A stretch of DNA of 54,791 nt from Girardia tigrina (lineage: Eukaryota): assembly GCA_001938485.1 (NCBI GenBank), contig MQRK01237023.1, forward strand, positions 1 to 54,791, given 5' to 3'. Below, piece by piece: positions 24,501-39,500 of the stretch (position 1 is the stretch's first letter; the number at the start of each line of letters is the position of its first letter). A program made the translations under genes and the position numbers. The notes under the pieces are model-generated. The model had not been told where the DNA came from. It saw only the letters and a program-made list of their open reading frames with translations, and did no database searches.

Positions 24501-27500
24501 AATCAAGTACAGCAATCTCCAACGAAATAACAAATAAAAAAATCAGAAAACCAATATCATAAAAAAATTCGTTCAGTCCAATCTGTTTTCCTATAAAATT
24601 TTTATAATATTACGTTATAAATTTATAACGTAATCAATAAAATATAACGATTGAAAATAAAGCGTATTAATCCTAAAAAGGAATTATTTTGAAGATTACT
24701 TCTCTGTTTTTTTGTAATCGGAGATATTTCAAATTTCTACCAAATTGAATTGAGTCCACTATCGAGACAATCCGTTCATCATCTTTTATATTCCAATTAC
24801 TGTATGTCCATTTGTTGTGTTATTTAATGCTGCGCTTAATAAAGTTTTATAAGTTAATTTGATTAGTGTTTTTATCGTTTATTAAGAAAAAAACTAGTTT
24901 AATCCAACACCGGAATATATTGTGGATTAAGTTAGTTAAACTTTTATTGAATTATTATTTATTTTGTAGTAAAATTAGTGATTTGCGTGATTCGTCAAAT
25001 CACTATTTTTATAAATGAAATTGAAGGAAACTGTTCGTTTGAGAGCGGAATTGCAGAGTTGAAAATCCTTTCTCAAATGTCGTTGGAGAAGATAATTTAT
25101 GAAAATCAGTTTTTGAACAGCGATAATATCAATTTGAGGTCCAGTGGTGGTTCTGATTTGGTCGATAGTGACTCTTTAGTATCAAAGGCTTTGTCTAAGG
25201 ATGCTCGGGGTGAAAAATTGCAATCCATTCTGGCGACCTCATTTTCGGAACTACTTTCCATTTCGAGTAATGAAGTGTTTGACGCATTGTTCGGGAACGA
25301 ATCTGTAGATGGAAATTGTGGAATAAATGATAGAGGTGGAGGATAAATCGGCGAGACTCATTTATCTTCCACCCCCACCCTCGGAAGCACTGATTTCCCA
25401 ACCTCGGGACGCCGTCACTGCGCTGTGCCCGCTCTCACACCAACAATAGGTGTCGGTAATATTGGTGAAGTAATACTTTTAGCTTTGACTATAGAAGTAT
25501 GAATAACCTTTACAATTTTTTTTAATTCTGAATCAAATTCTGGATTTATTGATCTAAAACGTTTTTCAAAAATGTAGGAGTTAAAATGAAGATTTTACAA
25601 AACTGTGTAAATGAATTCATATAAAGTTATAATGGACAAAAAGATTTTAATTTATATGTAATTTGTTAAAATGTGAATATTTGAATTACGTTTATTTATA
25701 AATGTAAATTTTATTTGAAGCAAAATATTTATATTCAACAAAGACTTACTTCAGAAATGGAAGTTTTATGAGTCTTCACCGGAATACATTTTCCATGACT
25801 GATTATTTTGGTTTCTATAAAAAGTAAGACAATATTTGATATGACTTTATAGATACCTACTTTGACACTGATAACCTTGGAAAAATAACCCATTGAGATA
25901 CCTTTCACAAAAATGGCATTTTGCGAAATTTTCAAAAGTTGTCATTGTAAATTGATAACCATTTTCATGATAATTAGGGGGATATTGATTATTTCTAATT
26001 AATTAACATTTTAATTAGTTTATTATTTTATTTATATTTCATTTTCGCAAATTATTGTCAATTAATATGTGTCCCATAATTGATAGATTTTTTTATTTAA
26101 CAAAATAATTGAGGAATAAATAAATAATAAATAATTGGGAATAATTTGTTCTAAGTTATTTTAAGTGATAGCATAATCTTTGAATCTTATATGAACTTTT
26201 TCGCCATTCGTAAAACTACATATTTAAAATATTCTTCATAAATCCGTGATTGACTTTTCAAACTCTCAGTATCTCAACTGACCCGCTTTTCTTATACTGG
26301 TAATAGTTCATGAGATAACAATCCTCTTACAAATATCTCTTGAATATTTTCCGGGATCTTTGCTACTTTAAAGTATCTAGAATAAGCGGATGTAAAAGTT
26401 TCTATATCCTCTAGTCTCATATATTTCTCTGGGAGTACCCTTACAACCAGTTGTTTTGAATTACTGGATATGGTCTCCATGTTAGATTTGGACGTATTTG
26501 ATGAACCCGTATTGTAATCGAACTCAAGATTAAGAGTAGACATAATTCCCAAAATTTCATTTCTATACTAATTTCGGTTTTTGAAATTTCAGATAACATT
26601 ATTTTTTATTCGTAAATATTTTAAAATAAATATATGTAAAATAAATATAATGTAATATAAATATATATAAAATAAAATAAATATAATATAAAATAAATAA
26701 TTTAAAATAAATATAATGTAATATAAATATGAATACGTTAAAATTTTTATTTAAATTTTCCAACCTCACAATTCTCAAATTTACAAATTTTCAATTTTAA
26801 TGTTTTACCAATTTTTAAAATTTTACAACTTAAGTTTCACAATTTTAATTAATAACGCTCAAAATTTTTTGTGACAACAAAATCCTAACATAATTCATAT
26901 TAAAATATTATATATATTAAAGACCATATATTAAAGACCAGTTGTGATCTATGTATTAAGAACATTAATTAAACTTTCAATATTTTATTAGTACTACAAG
27001 TTCGATTGTCCCCAACAACCTTTGTCAAAACTTTCGTACATTTGCATCCTTTTAATTGTTTATTGACCTAACTTTTATTATCTGAGTAAATGGAGATTAT
27101 ATAGTCCGTTAAAATATTTACTACAAATTTTATTGGTTAAAAATAATAATGCATATTAATTACAGTGTACTCTCGATTAACCGGTTTGCGGATTAACCGT
27201 GCCTGAAAATAAATATTTTTTAATAAAAATTTAAATTTTGACACCTTAACTTCATTTATCTTTTTGAAATATATAAATGAAAATATAATAAAAAAATAAA
27301 ATTGATTAATATGCACTTGTTTTTATTTTAAGAAATAGAATTATTGTTGTTTCAGTTAATTTTAATACGTTTTTTATTTTCGATAAACTATTCGAATATT
27401 TTGAGATTTTGTTATTTATTATTTGAATAGTTTTAAAGTTCAAATAGTTGGAATCTCTAACCAAACAGCCCACGAAATCAACAGAAAACTGTGCAGGTTG

Positions 27501-30500
27501 TTATTAACCGCTCTCTATCAACCACCAATTTATGTTAACCTGTTATATTATTGAAATGCTGATCTTCGGATCGAGTTGTTGAGACCAGCAACTCTGGATC
27601 AGCCGGTCTAAATACCGCTAAATACACACGCCCGAGTGCGTGGTCGGTAAGTTTGTGGGGATTCGCCATGCCTCGCCAAATCGTGTGAGGCGATGGCGCA
27701 TGTGATCCGACTGCTTTATGCCGCTTCCGCACAGTGTGGTTTGAATTGTTGTTCATTATAATTGTTTCCTCAGATTTCGTCAACGAAACACGATTGAGAA
27801 TCATTCCGTCAATATCATCATCGGATAAAAACATCAGAACGATGATTAATATTCAATTCGATTAAAAATATTACAAACATTCAAAAATTTATTCATTCAA
27901 AAAAATCGTGTCACCAAATATTATTTAAACAAAAATGTAATGTTTTTTTGTTTAATATTCGATCACCACAATTATCATTTATGATAATTATTAAAAATGA
28001 TTAAAAAATAGAAATTATTAAAAATAGAAATTCATATATTGTTTAAATATTACTGTTTAAACATTTTTTTGTTAATAAATATGTTGTAAACCATCTTATT
28101 AATCTTTTATTTAAGACTATAACACTTTTTATAAAACTGGTGGTTAAGAGAAACTTTACTGTAATTTAAAAATTAACAAAAACTTAAAAATCTGGATGAT
28201 TCGTAGGTGTCTCGATCTGGGATCAGTATTTTCATCAATATTCACCACATCAATCTCACACATACCACCATCATTCAACGAGCTCCGAGGAACAAGTCTC
28301 AACCCTGTGCCATGCTCTATTTTATTTTTTTTAAAAAGGGCGGTTATCAGAAATTGGCGGCTGATAGAAACTTTCTATGTGAAATTGAGAACCATTAGAA
28401 TTTTTGGCGGTTAAGAGGAACTTTAATATATATTTCTTTCAATGTGAGAAAGGTTAAATTAATCTTTCAATAGATGATTACTTTTCGGAAATACATAACA
28501 ACTGATAACACCCGATCATCGAGAGAAATTTAACTTTGGTATTTACTAAATAAATGTTAATATTCTCATATTTAGCAAATACATTGGTGTGTAACTAATT
28601 TGGTACACAAGAAAATGATTTAAGAAGATTATTAAATATATAATAAATCAATTTATAATTATTTCTAAACATACATTGCTTGTTCAAAGGCCCTAAACCA
28701 ATTTTGACAATCTCTTTCAGATTCAAAAAACAATTTAATTGTAGTCGTTTCATTTCGTTTTTTGTACAGCGCTATGGTTAAATGTTGAACCTAAAATAAG
28801 GATAATAAATTAAAATAATACTGATAATCGTTATACTTCATGATTTATTGAGATTTGAGGTTTCTTATTTTGAATGAAATAAGCAGTTTCAAATTCAAAA
28901 TTTGGACACTAATTAACATATGTAATGTATAAATAAAAAATAATATAAATATTAATGATTATTTCTTACATAAATTCTTAAAAAAATAAACAATATTAAT
29001 TCGATGAATTCTTCGATATCAAGTTACATTAACTAGTTACTTTTATTTCTTATTCCTTATCAACTTACTTTTAACTCTAATAAAGTTATTAAGTCGATGT
29101 TGAAGTGCAAACAAGCAAGGGTACTACTAATAAGCACATTTATCAAACATAATAACCTTGGTCATAATTTTGACATCAGAGATATTTAGTTGATATTAAC
29201 AACATCACAATTTGAATGCAAACATTTATTTACAACACAAACAGATTCTTCACAACAATTTTCAGTGGTCATCCTTCTTTGATTAATATAGTTTTTGATT
29301 AAATATTTAAANNNNNNNNNNNNNNNNNNNNNNNNNNNNNNNNNNNNNNNNNNNNNNNNNNNNNNNNNNNNNNNNNNNNNNNNNNNNNNNNNNNNNNNNN
29401 NNNNNNNNNNNNNNNNNNNNNNNNNNNNNNNNNNNNNNNNNNNNNNNNNNNNNNNNNNNNNNNNNNNNNNNNNNNNNNNNNNNNNNNNNNNNNNNNNNNN
29501 NNNNNNNNTTCATTAGATTCAAATAATTAATCAAATAACATATCAATCCCATCTGGGTAGGAGAGTCACAAATCTAAACAGCATACAAACAACAAACTTA
29601 CAACATTCACAATTATCCCTCACAGTTGAGAAGTTCTTTTTTCTGATAGATGGAAAGTACAATTCAAATGAACTAATTGTCTAAACGATTGAAAGTATAA
29701 ATATATTTCTTGACAATCACTATATTGACAAATATGATAGAATCATAATAGCTAGCGTTCCTTTTCTTAAAGACACTTCAACAGGCTTTCTTTAATTAAT
29801 AGAATCAATTTAATATTTTAGGAATTATTAATCATGAACTCCTTATGTTTTTTTCATAACCTGTGCTGTTAACCTAACAGGGGAACACGTCAATTTGTCG
29901 TGGTAAATTGGTCGGGTACACAATTCGTGGGCGACAATTCATCGTGGAATTTTGGTAGTGGTGACAATTAATCAGGGATTTATCAAGTAACAACAATTGA
30001 AGGATGCAGAAATTGCACAAATTCTGGAGGTCAAAATTTGACTGGGCAAAGAAAACAGTACAGAGGAAGGCAAGAACTCATACGAAGACACATCAGAAAC
30101 TATGATGCTTAAAACGTAATACATTATTTACGAGGTATTGCTCACAACTTTTCATTTTAATTGTTGTGTAGTAATATTTATGTTTTATAATAAATTGTTG
30201 AATTAGTTAATGTTTATTTTAATTTCTAATATATCTTTCCATTATTTAATTTATTAATTGTTATTATTAATTATTAATTAACTTATTAAATATATATTTA
30301 TATATAGTACCACGAAAATTTTGTACAATTCGGCGATCATATATCTTGCTGACCAGTTATCAACCATAATAAATTGTCAATCCTAAATCCCCCGACAATT
30401 GTCGAACAAACCAAAACTCTTAGATTTTTTAGAAAAAAAGATTGCTTAAAAATAATGTTACAGCAACTAAATAAATAATTAAATATAATTATTTCAACAA

Positions 30501-33500
30501 TGAGTTTTATTTTTTTATTATGGTATATTCTTTTTTATGGAAACTCAATTGAGATTCCATGTATTGTCAAAAGAAAACAGTCTTTTTGTACGCTTCGGAG
30601 ATCATATTTCTTGAAAAAAAAATTCCAAAAATCCCCGACCAATTTACCACGACAAATTGACGTGGACCAACCTAACAGCATGGCTTAAAGATAATAATAA
30701 ATTAATGTCCTTTACAAATCCTATGGTATGACGTGAGCCTAATGATCATGTGGCAGACTGTTATTTCTGCCTAACACATGTTTCTAGGTTTTCTGCATAT
30801 AATAAAAAATTAATTGAGTATCCAAATTTACCATCGATAATGAGACTTGTACCACTCAACAATACTCTTCCTATACCGAAAGCTCAAGAGACCTTAGACT
30901 TCTTGGATGAAGAAGAATTAAACGAATTTGAAGCGGAAATAAGGAAAAGGTTGATGATGTCAAAGATGAAGACTTTGAGCCTTCCATTTTAAGAAGTCCT
31001 CATTTCATTAACCAATCTGATTTAAACGATTTAGTCAGAGATTTGAGATTGTCAAAGAGGGATGCTGATTTACTGGATTCAAGGTTGCAAGAATGGAATC
31101 TTCTCTCATGGGGTACAAAAATTTCAGTTTTCCGTAATCGTCAAAGGAATTTAACCCAGTACTTTACATACTCAGACAGTTGCAATATGTGCTTTTCCAC
31201 AGACATTGATGGATTATTTTTTACACTTGGGTGTCAGCACAATCTGGACGAATGGAGATTATTCATGGATACATCGAAATTCAATCTGAAAGCTGTTTTT
31301 CTCAATGATGGAAATTTTGTTCATTAGTTCCGGTAGCATATGCTGATCAAATGAAAGAACCCTATAAGAAATACAAAAATGATATTGAATTGCATAAACT
31401 ACATCAAATATAACTGGAGCACATGTGCAGATTTGAAGATCGTAGCAATTTTTCTGGGATTGCAGCTGGGGATACGCCAAATAATGTTACTTCAATATGC
31501 GAGTAGAGAAGCCGAGTAAGGACTTCGGCCTCAGATTGCCGTCACGTAACATTTTTCTGCTATGACAGAAGAACATCTCACATGAACCACTCATTGATCC
31601 CAAAAAATTCTATTAATCCCACTTCATATCGAACTTGAGCTTATGAGAAACTTTGTTAAAGCAATGAGTAAGGAGGGAGAAGGATTTGAATATCTACGAA
31701 AGCTGTTTCCAAGTATCAGTAATGCCAAAATTAATATGGGAATTTTTGTTGGACCAAATATTAGAAAGTTCTAAGAGAATAACAGTTTGAAGGACTGTTA
31801 CAAGAAGCCGAGCTAATGGTGTGGAATGTGTTCAAAGACGTATTCAAGAACTTCTTCGGTAACAACAAGGCTCCAAACTATGTACAGCTGATTGGACTTA
31901 TGATCAAAGCATACATTCAGATAAAATGTAACATGTTTCTCAAAATACATTCCCTACATTCGCATCTCGATTTCTTTTCAAAAAATCTGGGTAATATTTG
32001 TAATGACCAAGGAGAAAGATTTCATCAGGACATTGCCGTAATGGAAAGAAGGTTTTAGGACAGCTGTAATGTATCTATGTTAGTTGACTACTACTGGAAT
32101 CTAATCAGGGATAAACCAGACAATGCCTATAAGAGAAATTTTTTTGCAAAAAAATTTTAACTTTACAGTAACAATAAAATATTTCTACAACAAGAATTTT
32201 TTATTTTGTATTTCTTTGGTGTTCGCAATATAATGATTATAATCTAGAAAATAATTTTTTTCTGAAATGGTATGTGATAGGCAACCCTGAATACATATTT
32301 GAAATCAGCACCGCAAATCCATAAAAACAAAATATTTTTGAACAGGAAGCAGAAAAAAAATTAAATTTGTTTTCCAGTGTTCTTTTGCACAAAAAAAAGA
32401 ATTTTTTTAAATGGTTCGAAAAAATTTATTCTCAATATTCAACAAAATATCCAAAATAATCAAAATTAGTTTTGCAAAATTGAAATTCAGTAAGAGTAAA
32501 TAATTGAATATCAGCTCGGGTACAAAATAATTAAATAAAATCATGAAACAATTTCAATATGTAATCAGTAACTGTTTCGGAATTTCTCATCAATTTATAT
32601 TATATTCGATTATCTTTATTCAAATTCTAAATGTCTCCTCTCCTGCCAAAAGATAGTCTTTCAAATCGAATTTTGTTGTTCGAAAACCCATTTTTTTATT
32701 GAATTGTTTTAGCTGATTTGTTTACCTTTGTTATGTATATGAAAATATTGTATATAATAATAATATGAAAATTAGATTATAGACTGTTTTCTTCATTATT
32801 TTTTTCCTTTCCTCGCTGCAATATTATATCTTTTGTTATTTGAAGTTTGGAATAAATGACTTCCAACACTTGATTTTGATATTTCCAGAGTCTCTGCAAC
32901 TTCCTTGTCGTCATATGTGGATTAGATTTGATCAGTGCTGTTATTTTGTCGCCATCAACTTCAACTAATCGACCGGAGCGTGGTGCATCTTTCAGATGAA
33001 ATTTTTCAGAACGTAATCTTAGAAAACTGTCGAAGTTTTAAGGAGTCACTACCATATACAAAACATATCTTCTTATGAGCTTGCACAGTGGTTTTCCCTT
33101 TGCGAAAATAATGCAACAAAACATGACGAATAAGCTCATTTTGATTTTACATTTCGAATTGACGGTAAAGTAATAAATTAAAACAAAATCAATTAATATT
33201 TTGTATAAACATAGTCTGAAAATTAAGGTTTTATATAATTGAATATATAATTGAATTTAAATTTTATCACATCGTTTTATATTTTCAAGCTTTTTATTAG
33301 GACGTACTCAAAAACGCAATGACTTTTTGGCCAACCCAATACAAACATAAATATACACATTTTTATAATTGAATTTAAATTTTATCACATCGTTTTATAT
33401 TTTCAAGCTTTTTATTAGGACGTACTCAAAAACGCAATGACTTTTTGGCCAACCCAATACAAACATAAATATACACATTTTTATGCTTACAGGCCAATAA

Positions 33501-36500
33501 AATTCATCATACCGAGGAGATTTTTCTCGAGATTATTCAAATTAAAAGACTAAATTTTATTTGATTTTGAAATTTTAATTTTATTAAAATTTCTAAATGT
33601 TATTGTAAATAAATTTGAAAAAATGACAATTTATTAAAATATAAAATTTGAAAGCCATTTAAAATTGTTTACTAATTTCGATGGATTAACCTTCATCTTC
33701 AGAACAACTGATTTTTTAAAAAAATCCACTTTATACTGCCAGTAATGATTATGAAATCATAACATCATCAATAAATCATTTAAAACCCATCAATAAAGTT
33801 GTCGAGGGTGCATTTTGAACATTAATTTTAGGATCCAAAGATCTTATATATAACGCTTCACATGTCACTCTCTCCCAATAATTTTTAAATTGAGTGCCCA
33901 GAATTTTAAAGTTATGGGTGTTTATGTCCCTTTCACAATGTTTATTATGTCCAGCAATATTACTTCCACTTTCTCTACGACTGTGTTCATGGATTCTCTC
34001 ACAGATATGACGTCATTAATATCATATGTGTCATCATATGTGGCATTAAACCCATTTCATGTACATTGATTACCAAAAACACATTTTTTAAAATTAAAAA
34101 AATATATATAATAAATTGTTATCATTTATACTGATTTCTAAATAGTACTTAAATAAATTAATGACTAATAATTACTTGATTGATGAAAATCATTAAGATT
34201 TTATCAAAAACACTCAAATACCTGGAATTGTTACCAATTTCAATAAAATAACAACATAAATATATAAATCTAACCGAAATATTTTAACACTGTCGTTCTT
34301 AAATTGTAAAAGAACCAACCCGTAAATTTGCAGCCGACCGTAATCCTTTAAAGACTTATTGTTCGGCTTAATTATTTAAATTAATCAGAAATTGATGAAA
34401 CTCAAATATTATTAAAAGTCGGTAATAATGACGGGTCAACAAAACTTCATTATTTTTAATAGTTATTTATTTTTTTGGTGCTGCCTACCACTGGAACAAG
34501 AATGCGGGAGCGTAAAAATCGCGTATATTATAGTATTTACTCAATATTAAAATTAGTAGGGCTAGTTCTACCTTTATCCTTTTTGGTGCCCCCTGAAAGT
34601 TTTCTCGTCCCCCACGCACCAAAATCTAAATCCGCCACTGTTCTTAACCCGCGTATGTGTATATAATTCGTCCAATGCAACTGTGAGGAATATTTTAAAT
34701 TGTTTGAATGTGTAAATGTAGGGATGCTGTATGTTGATTTAAGTATGTTGAATTTAGAATGGTGCTTCTCACATCCAAATGGAAATTGGGATTTTTTTAT
34801 TAAATTTAAAGGAATGATTATTCGAACATAATTAAAATAATCATTTGATAAGTTCATATTTTTAATTTCACAATTAAAATTAAATTTATTAATTTTTAGT
34901 AAAATTTAAATTAAATGCATTTTTAATAATTTGATGTCATTTTTATTATTTTGGGATTTATTGAAAAATGGTAAAAATTATTATTTTTTAATTAATATTT
35001 TTTAGAGGTTAAATATTTTAAAAAATAACTTTGAAAAATTGTTCGAATAATCATGATTAAAAACCGAAATAAGAAAACCAATTAGAACGATGGCAAACGA
35101 TGAAAGGCCTTCTGAAAGTTGTAATGACTCTAAATGTAATTGCAATAAAAATTCAAATGAGACTTGTCTAAATGTTCTTAATAATAACCTTAATATTGTG
35201 ATCTATTTGTTTGTTTTTGTACATATTTTCCTCACAATTCCTTTAAGAATATGTACAGAATGATCTACGATTTAAAAACTGGAAGTCATATCAAAAACTC
35301 TGTGAACTAAGCATTTTATTATACCTTTTCTCTATTTTTCCTCACAAAAGCACTGTATGTGATGTTGAGTCATGTATCTGTTGTCTAATAGTTATTTATG
35401 TGGGCTGAAAAACAGTCGGATTTTTTTAATAATATTTTTTGTCTTGTATTTTATTGATACTAAAAACTATCTTGGCTATAAAAAGGATCACATTTACCGA
35501 CACACTGAATGTTCAAGGGCACGAAGGATTTAGGTCTCTGGTGTCACAAAATAAGAATACACAGGAAATATTGGTGATAGAATTGTTATCGCACGAATTA
35601 TTACCAATATATGAAAGTGTATAAATTTAGAGAGGTCAAGAGAGTCGGTAGAGGAGTACTTTACGAAAACAAGTAGATTAGCAGAAAAAATAGTGAAACA
35701 CCAATGGACGAAGGAAGAAATCAAAAGATGCATTCTAATTCACGGATCAAAAGATAACGATATGAAGAAGGAAATTAAATTCAGGGAGATAAAGGAAATA
35801 CTAGTTATAAAGAACATAATAAAGAAAGTGGACGAAGTCCGGAAATCGGAAAAAACGGTCCATGCTATAAGACCAAAGTATAGAGAAGTGATACAAAGAG
35901 GAAACGCGGCGGAAAATTCGACGAGAAAAACTGAAACATTCGAGAGACGACCCCCTTGAAGAACAACATCACATGTTGGAACTGCAAAGAAGTGAGCAAT
36001 AAAAGCAGCGAATGCAAACGAGAGAGGGAAATCCCGAGCTATGCATGAAGGGAAACAGGTCACGTACGTAGAGAATGCAAGAAAATAGTATGCACCAGAT
36101 ATAAAAATTCTAGACAAATGGTCCATGTGTGCTACACGAACCTGAATAGACTTTACCAAAGAAGAAACAGGTACCATTGGAGAACGAAGAGCGACAGACG
36201 ACAGTCGTCACATGGCCAGTAAAGAGACAGGAGAAACTGGAAGTCGGAGGAATATCAGAGAGGCTTCGAAAGAGGACGTGGTTTTGACTGTCATAAATGT
36301 GTCTTGATTGTTTTATATTTGAATCATTGATTTTTTATTGATTAATTTTAAAGATTTGCAAATTATTTTATTAGCTTGAAAAACGATATCGTTGGTTTTG
36401 TGACTTTTAAATCTAGATGAAATCAAACAAATGAACACTCTGCACAAATATAAATTTTAAAGTAATTTCACTTTCCGCAATCCAACGATTTAAACAAATG

Positions 36501-39500
36501 AATTAAATCGTTCTTTATATTATACGCCCCAAGTCTTTAAGGCGCAAAGACAGACACAGTCCGAACAGCTGCACACATATTCGAAAAATCGATTTCTACT
36601 AACTTTTTGGATAATATTAAAATGGTTTCTGACTATTCATATATAAGTTCCTATCCAAGTGCATCAGTACAATTTGCGTATTATGCTTTCTTCGACCTCT
36701 AAAAGCTATGGGTATTCTGCATCACTTTGCACTATAAAACACAACATTTCTATAATCGATTTACGTGCATTTTTTCGAAATTCTAAAATTGGATTCCGAC
36801 TATTTACCTATGACTTTCTATCCATATGTACTAGCTCAATTTTGATTTTGTGCTTTCTTCAACCTCTAAAAGCTAAGGGTCTTCTGCCTCACTTTGAACT
36901 TTAAACTCTATTCTAGGAAAAGTAAATAAATATATCGAAATTATAATTACACAGTTGGATAGAGAATCAAAATGTGCACAAAACCCATAGGAGCAATTAA
37001 AACAGTTTGCACTTTGGAAAATTGTGAAATTTTGAATTTCTCGATTTTGCACACTTGCACATATGCAGTATTGATTAGCACTTTTAGCACTTTTTCCTGA
37101 AATTGTGATGGTTGATATTATAATTTTGATGATTTTTAATGTGATTTTTATGGTTTTTAATGTGAACTTCATAGTTTTAAGGTAATGGTGACGGTTTCTA
37201 AATAATTTCATTGTTTGTTTAGGTGATTTTAGGATTTATAAGATTGTAAGGTCTTGTAAGCTTGTGATGGTATAGCGAATGGGTCTCTGATTTTTTTTAG
37301 TTATGTTATTTTTTTGGAAAAGATTCTGAGATTGTTTTTTGTGAAAGGTGGACGATACTCGATAGAGGAATTGGTCAGAGAAAGTCCCTAAAGTTTTGAT
37401 GTTTGGAAATAAATGTTTTTTATTATTATTTATTTATTTATTTTATTATTTACTTGTTATTTATTTTTGGCCACAAAGATGATAATTAAATTCATAATTG
37501 CTATGAGCGATTTTTAATTTAATTTGTAATTGATATATTGACGAAAAATTCAAAAAATGAATATTTTTTTATGAACTGGGCTGCATTGTCAGAAATCGCC
37601 GTTAGACTGCTTTTAGAATTATATTTGCAGAATTAAGTCACAAATACTACAATTTTTTTCGAGAACGATACCTCGACGGTTTCCAATTCAAATTACTCAT
37701 TGAATCGAGTACAAGTTTATCAAATAAATAACTGATTTTCGTAACCATCGATAATTATTAAACATTTGTATTCTCCTATTCCTGAATATGGAACGTTATA
37801 TATATCGTACAGATTATTGTCGATAGTTATTAAACGTTTGTAAGTTATTGTAGGTATTAAACGTTCATTGAGTTTGTTGACCCAATTTCATCCTTTAATT
37901 GTTATTTTTTTATTAAATCACTCTTAACTAGATTCACCAAATAAGGCACTTTTTGGTTAGCTTAGTTCACCTCTAATAATATTTATTCAAATTTTATCAC
38001 AACTGAATATTTCAATGACAAATTGCATTGCGCTCTTATCCCAAAAAAAACAAAACAAAGAAACTCAAGACAAAGAGAGGAAAGACAATAATCTATATAA
38101 AAATTCGATAAATCTAAAGAGATTTATCACCAAATATTTTCATTTTTAGAAAAATGTCGTTTTCTCTTTATTCGCGTATTAAAATATAGCAAGTGATACA
38201 CCAATTTTCTTGTCTTGACGTGCTCAATCGGATTCTATAGATTTCCTTGTGAAAATCAAAGTGTAAAATTTTTCGAAAAATCTGAAAAAATTAATTTTTC
38301 TGAGAAATTTTTTTGCAGAAATAATCAAATTTTATCACAACTGAATATTTCAATGACAAATTGCATTGCGCTCTTATCCTAAAAAAAAACAAAACAAAGA
38401 AACTCAAGACAAAGCGATGTAAGACAATAATCTATATAAAAATTCGATAAATCTAAAGAGATTTATCACCAAATATTTTCATTTTTAGAAAAATGTCGTT
38501 TTCTCTTTATTATCGTATTAAAATATAGCAAGTGATACACCAATTTACTTGTTTTGACGTGCTCAATCGGATTCTATAGATTTCCTTGTGAAAATCAAAG
38601 TGTAAAATTTTTCGAAAAATCTGAAAAAATTGATTTTTCTGTGAAATTTTTTTGCAGAAATAATCAAATTTTATCACAACTGAATATTTCAATGACAAAT
38701 TGCATTGCGCTCTTATCTTTGATTTGTTGTCTTGAAATAAAAGGAACAAATTTGTTATTCTACATTTACTAAGTGATCGGAACCGTTGCTTTGGACCTAA
38801 GCTTTAGATGATGTGAACCATTGCTATGGAAATGAGAACCAATCAGAAGCGTTGCTATGATAACCTTTGCCCCAGGGGGTATTGGTGGAGAACCCGCATT
38901 TTTCCAATACTTCCATAATTGATAGCAATTTCGCAAACATATCCATGAACAATTTATTCGAATTCCAGAGTCAGGAAACCACGATCAAATCAGAGCCGTA
39001 AGTCCGTTACTAGATCTCCTGATTGACATCTTGCATCTGATAGATGCTTTTTTACACATATCAATATGGGTAATCAACGCGGTTTCGTTAAAGAAGAAAC
39101 AAATATCAGATTTCTTTGCATTCAAACCACAATTTTGAGGTCTTTTAGTTTTGTTCTCGAATCGATTGTGATATTTGTTTTGAAAATGAATCGTTTTGTT
39201 GGAGTACACATTAAATAGAGATGATTCGATTTAGTCACTACCCAAATAAAACAATTTTCATTACATTCAAAAAGGTAAACCTGTGTTCTCGTGATCTGTA
39301 AATTGCTTGTTTGTTAATTTAATTTCAGAAACCCCCAAAATAATTTTAAGTCGATGTAACTCCTTATAGAGAGGTTTTACTGTAGTTATTTTTTTTAATT
39401 TTAATGTTAAAAATTTTTTGTAAGTATTTAAGTTTTAACTCATGTAACATATCAATGACTGAATAATGTAACATAATAATGTTGGCGAAATCAAACACAA

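Noticed and set aside
24540-24810. Possible N-terminal SH3 exons (NWNIKDDERIVSIV..., GKQIGL)
   Set aside because: Motif match is poor and the phases do not chain with the flanking exons. The C1 and SH2 exons already join in phase 0.
25100-25553. Long minus-strand frame broken only by TGA codons, plus TGA at Trp positions in TE motifs (MV*REP at about 30728, CPTR* at about 21540), suggesting TGA reassignment
   Set aside because: All Trp codons in confident vav exons are TGG and none of those exons has an in-frame TGA. The TE copies also carry TAA/TAG stops and frameshifts, so TGG>TGA and CGA>TGA decay explains the pattern.
36873-37260. 112-aa ORF with LKTIKIT repeats
   Set aside because: Translation of a degenerate tandem repeat of about 21 bp, with no splice or domain support.
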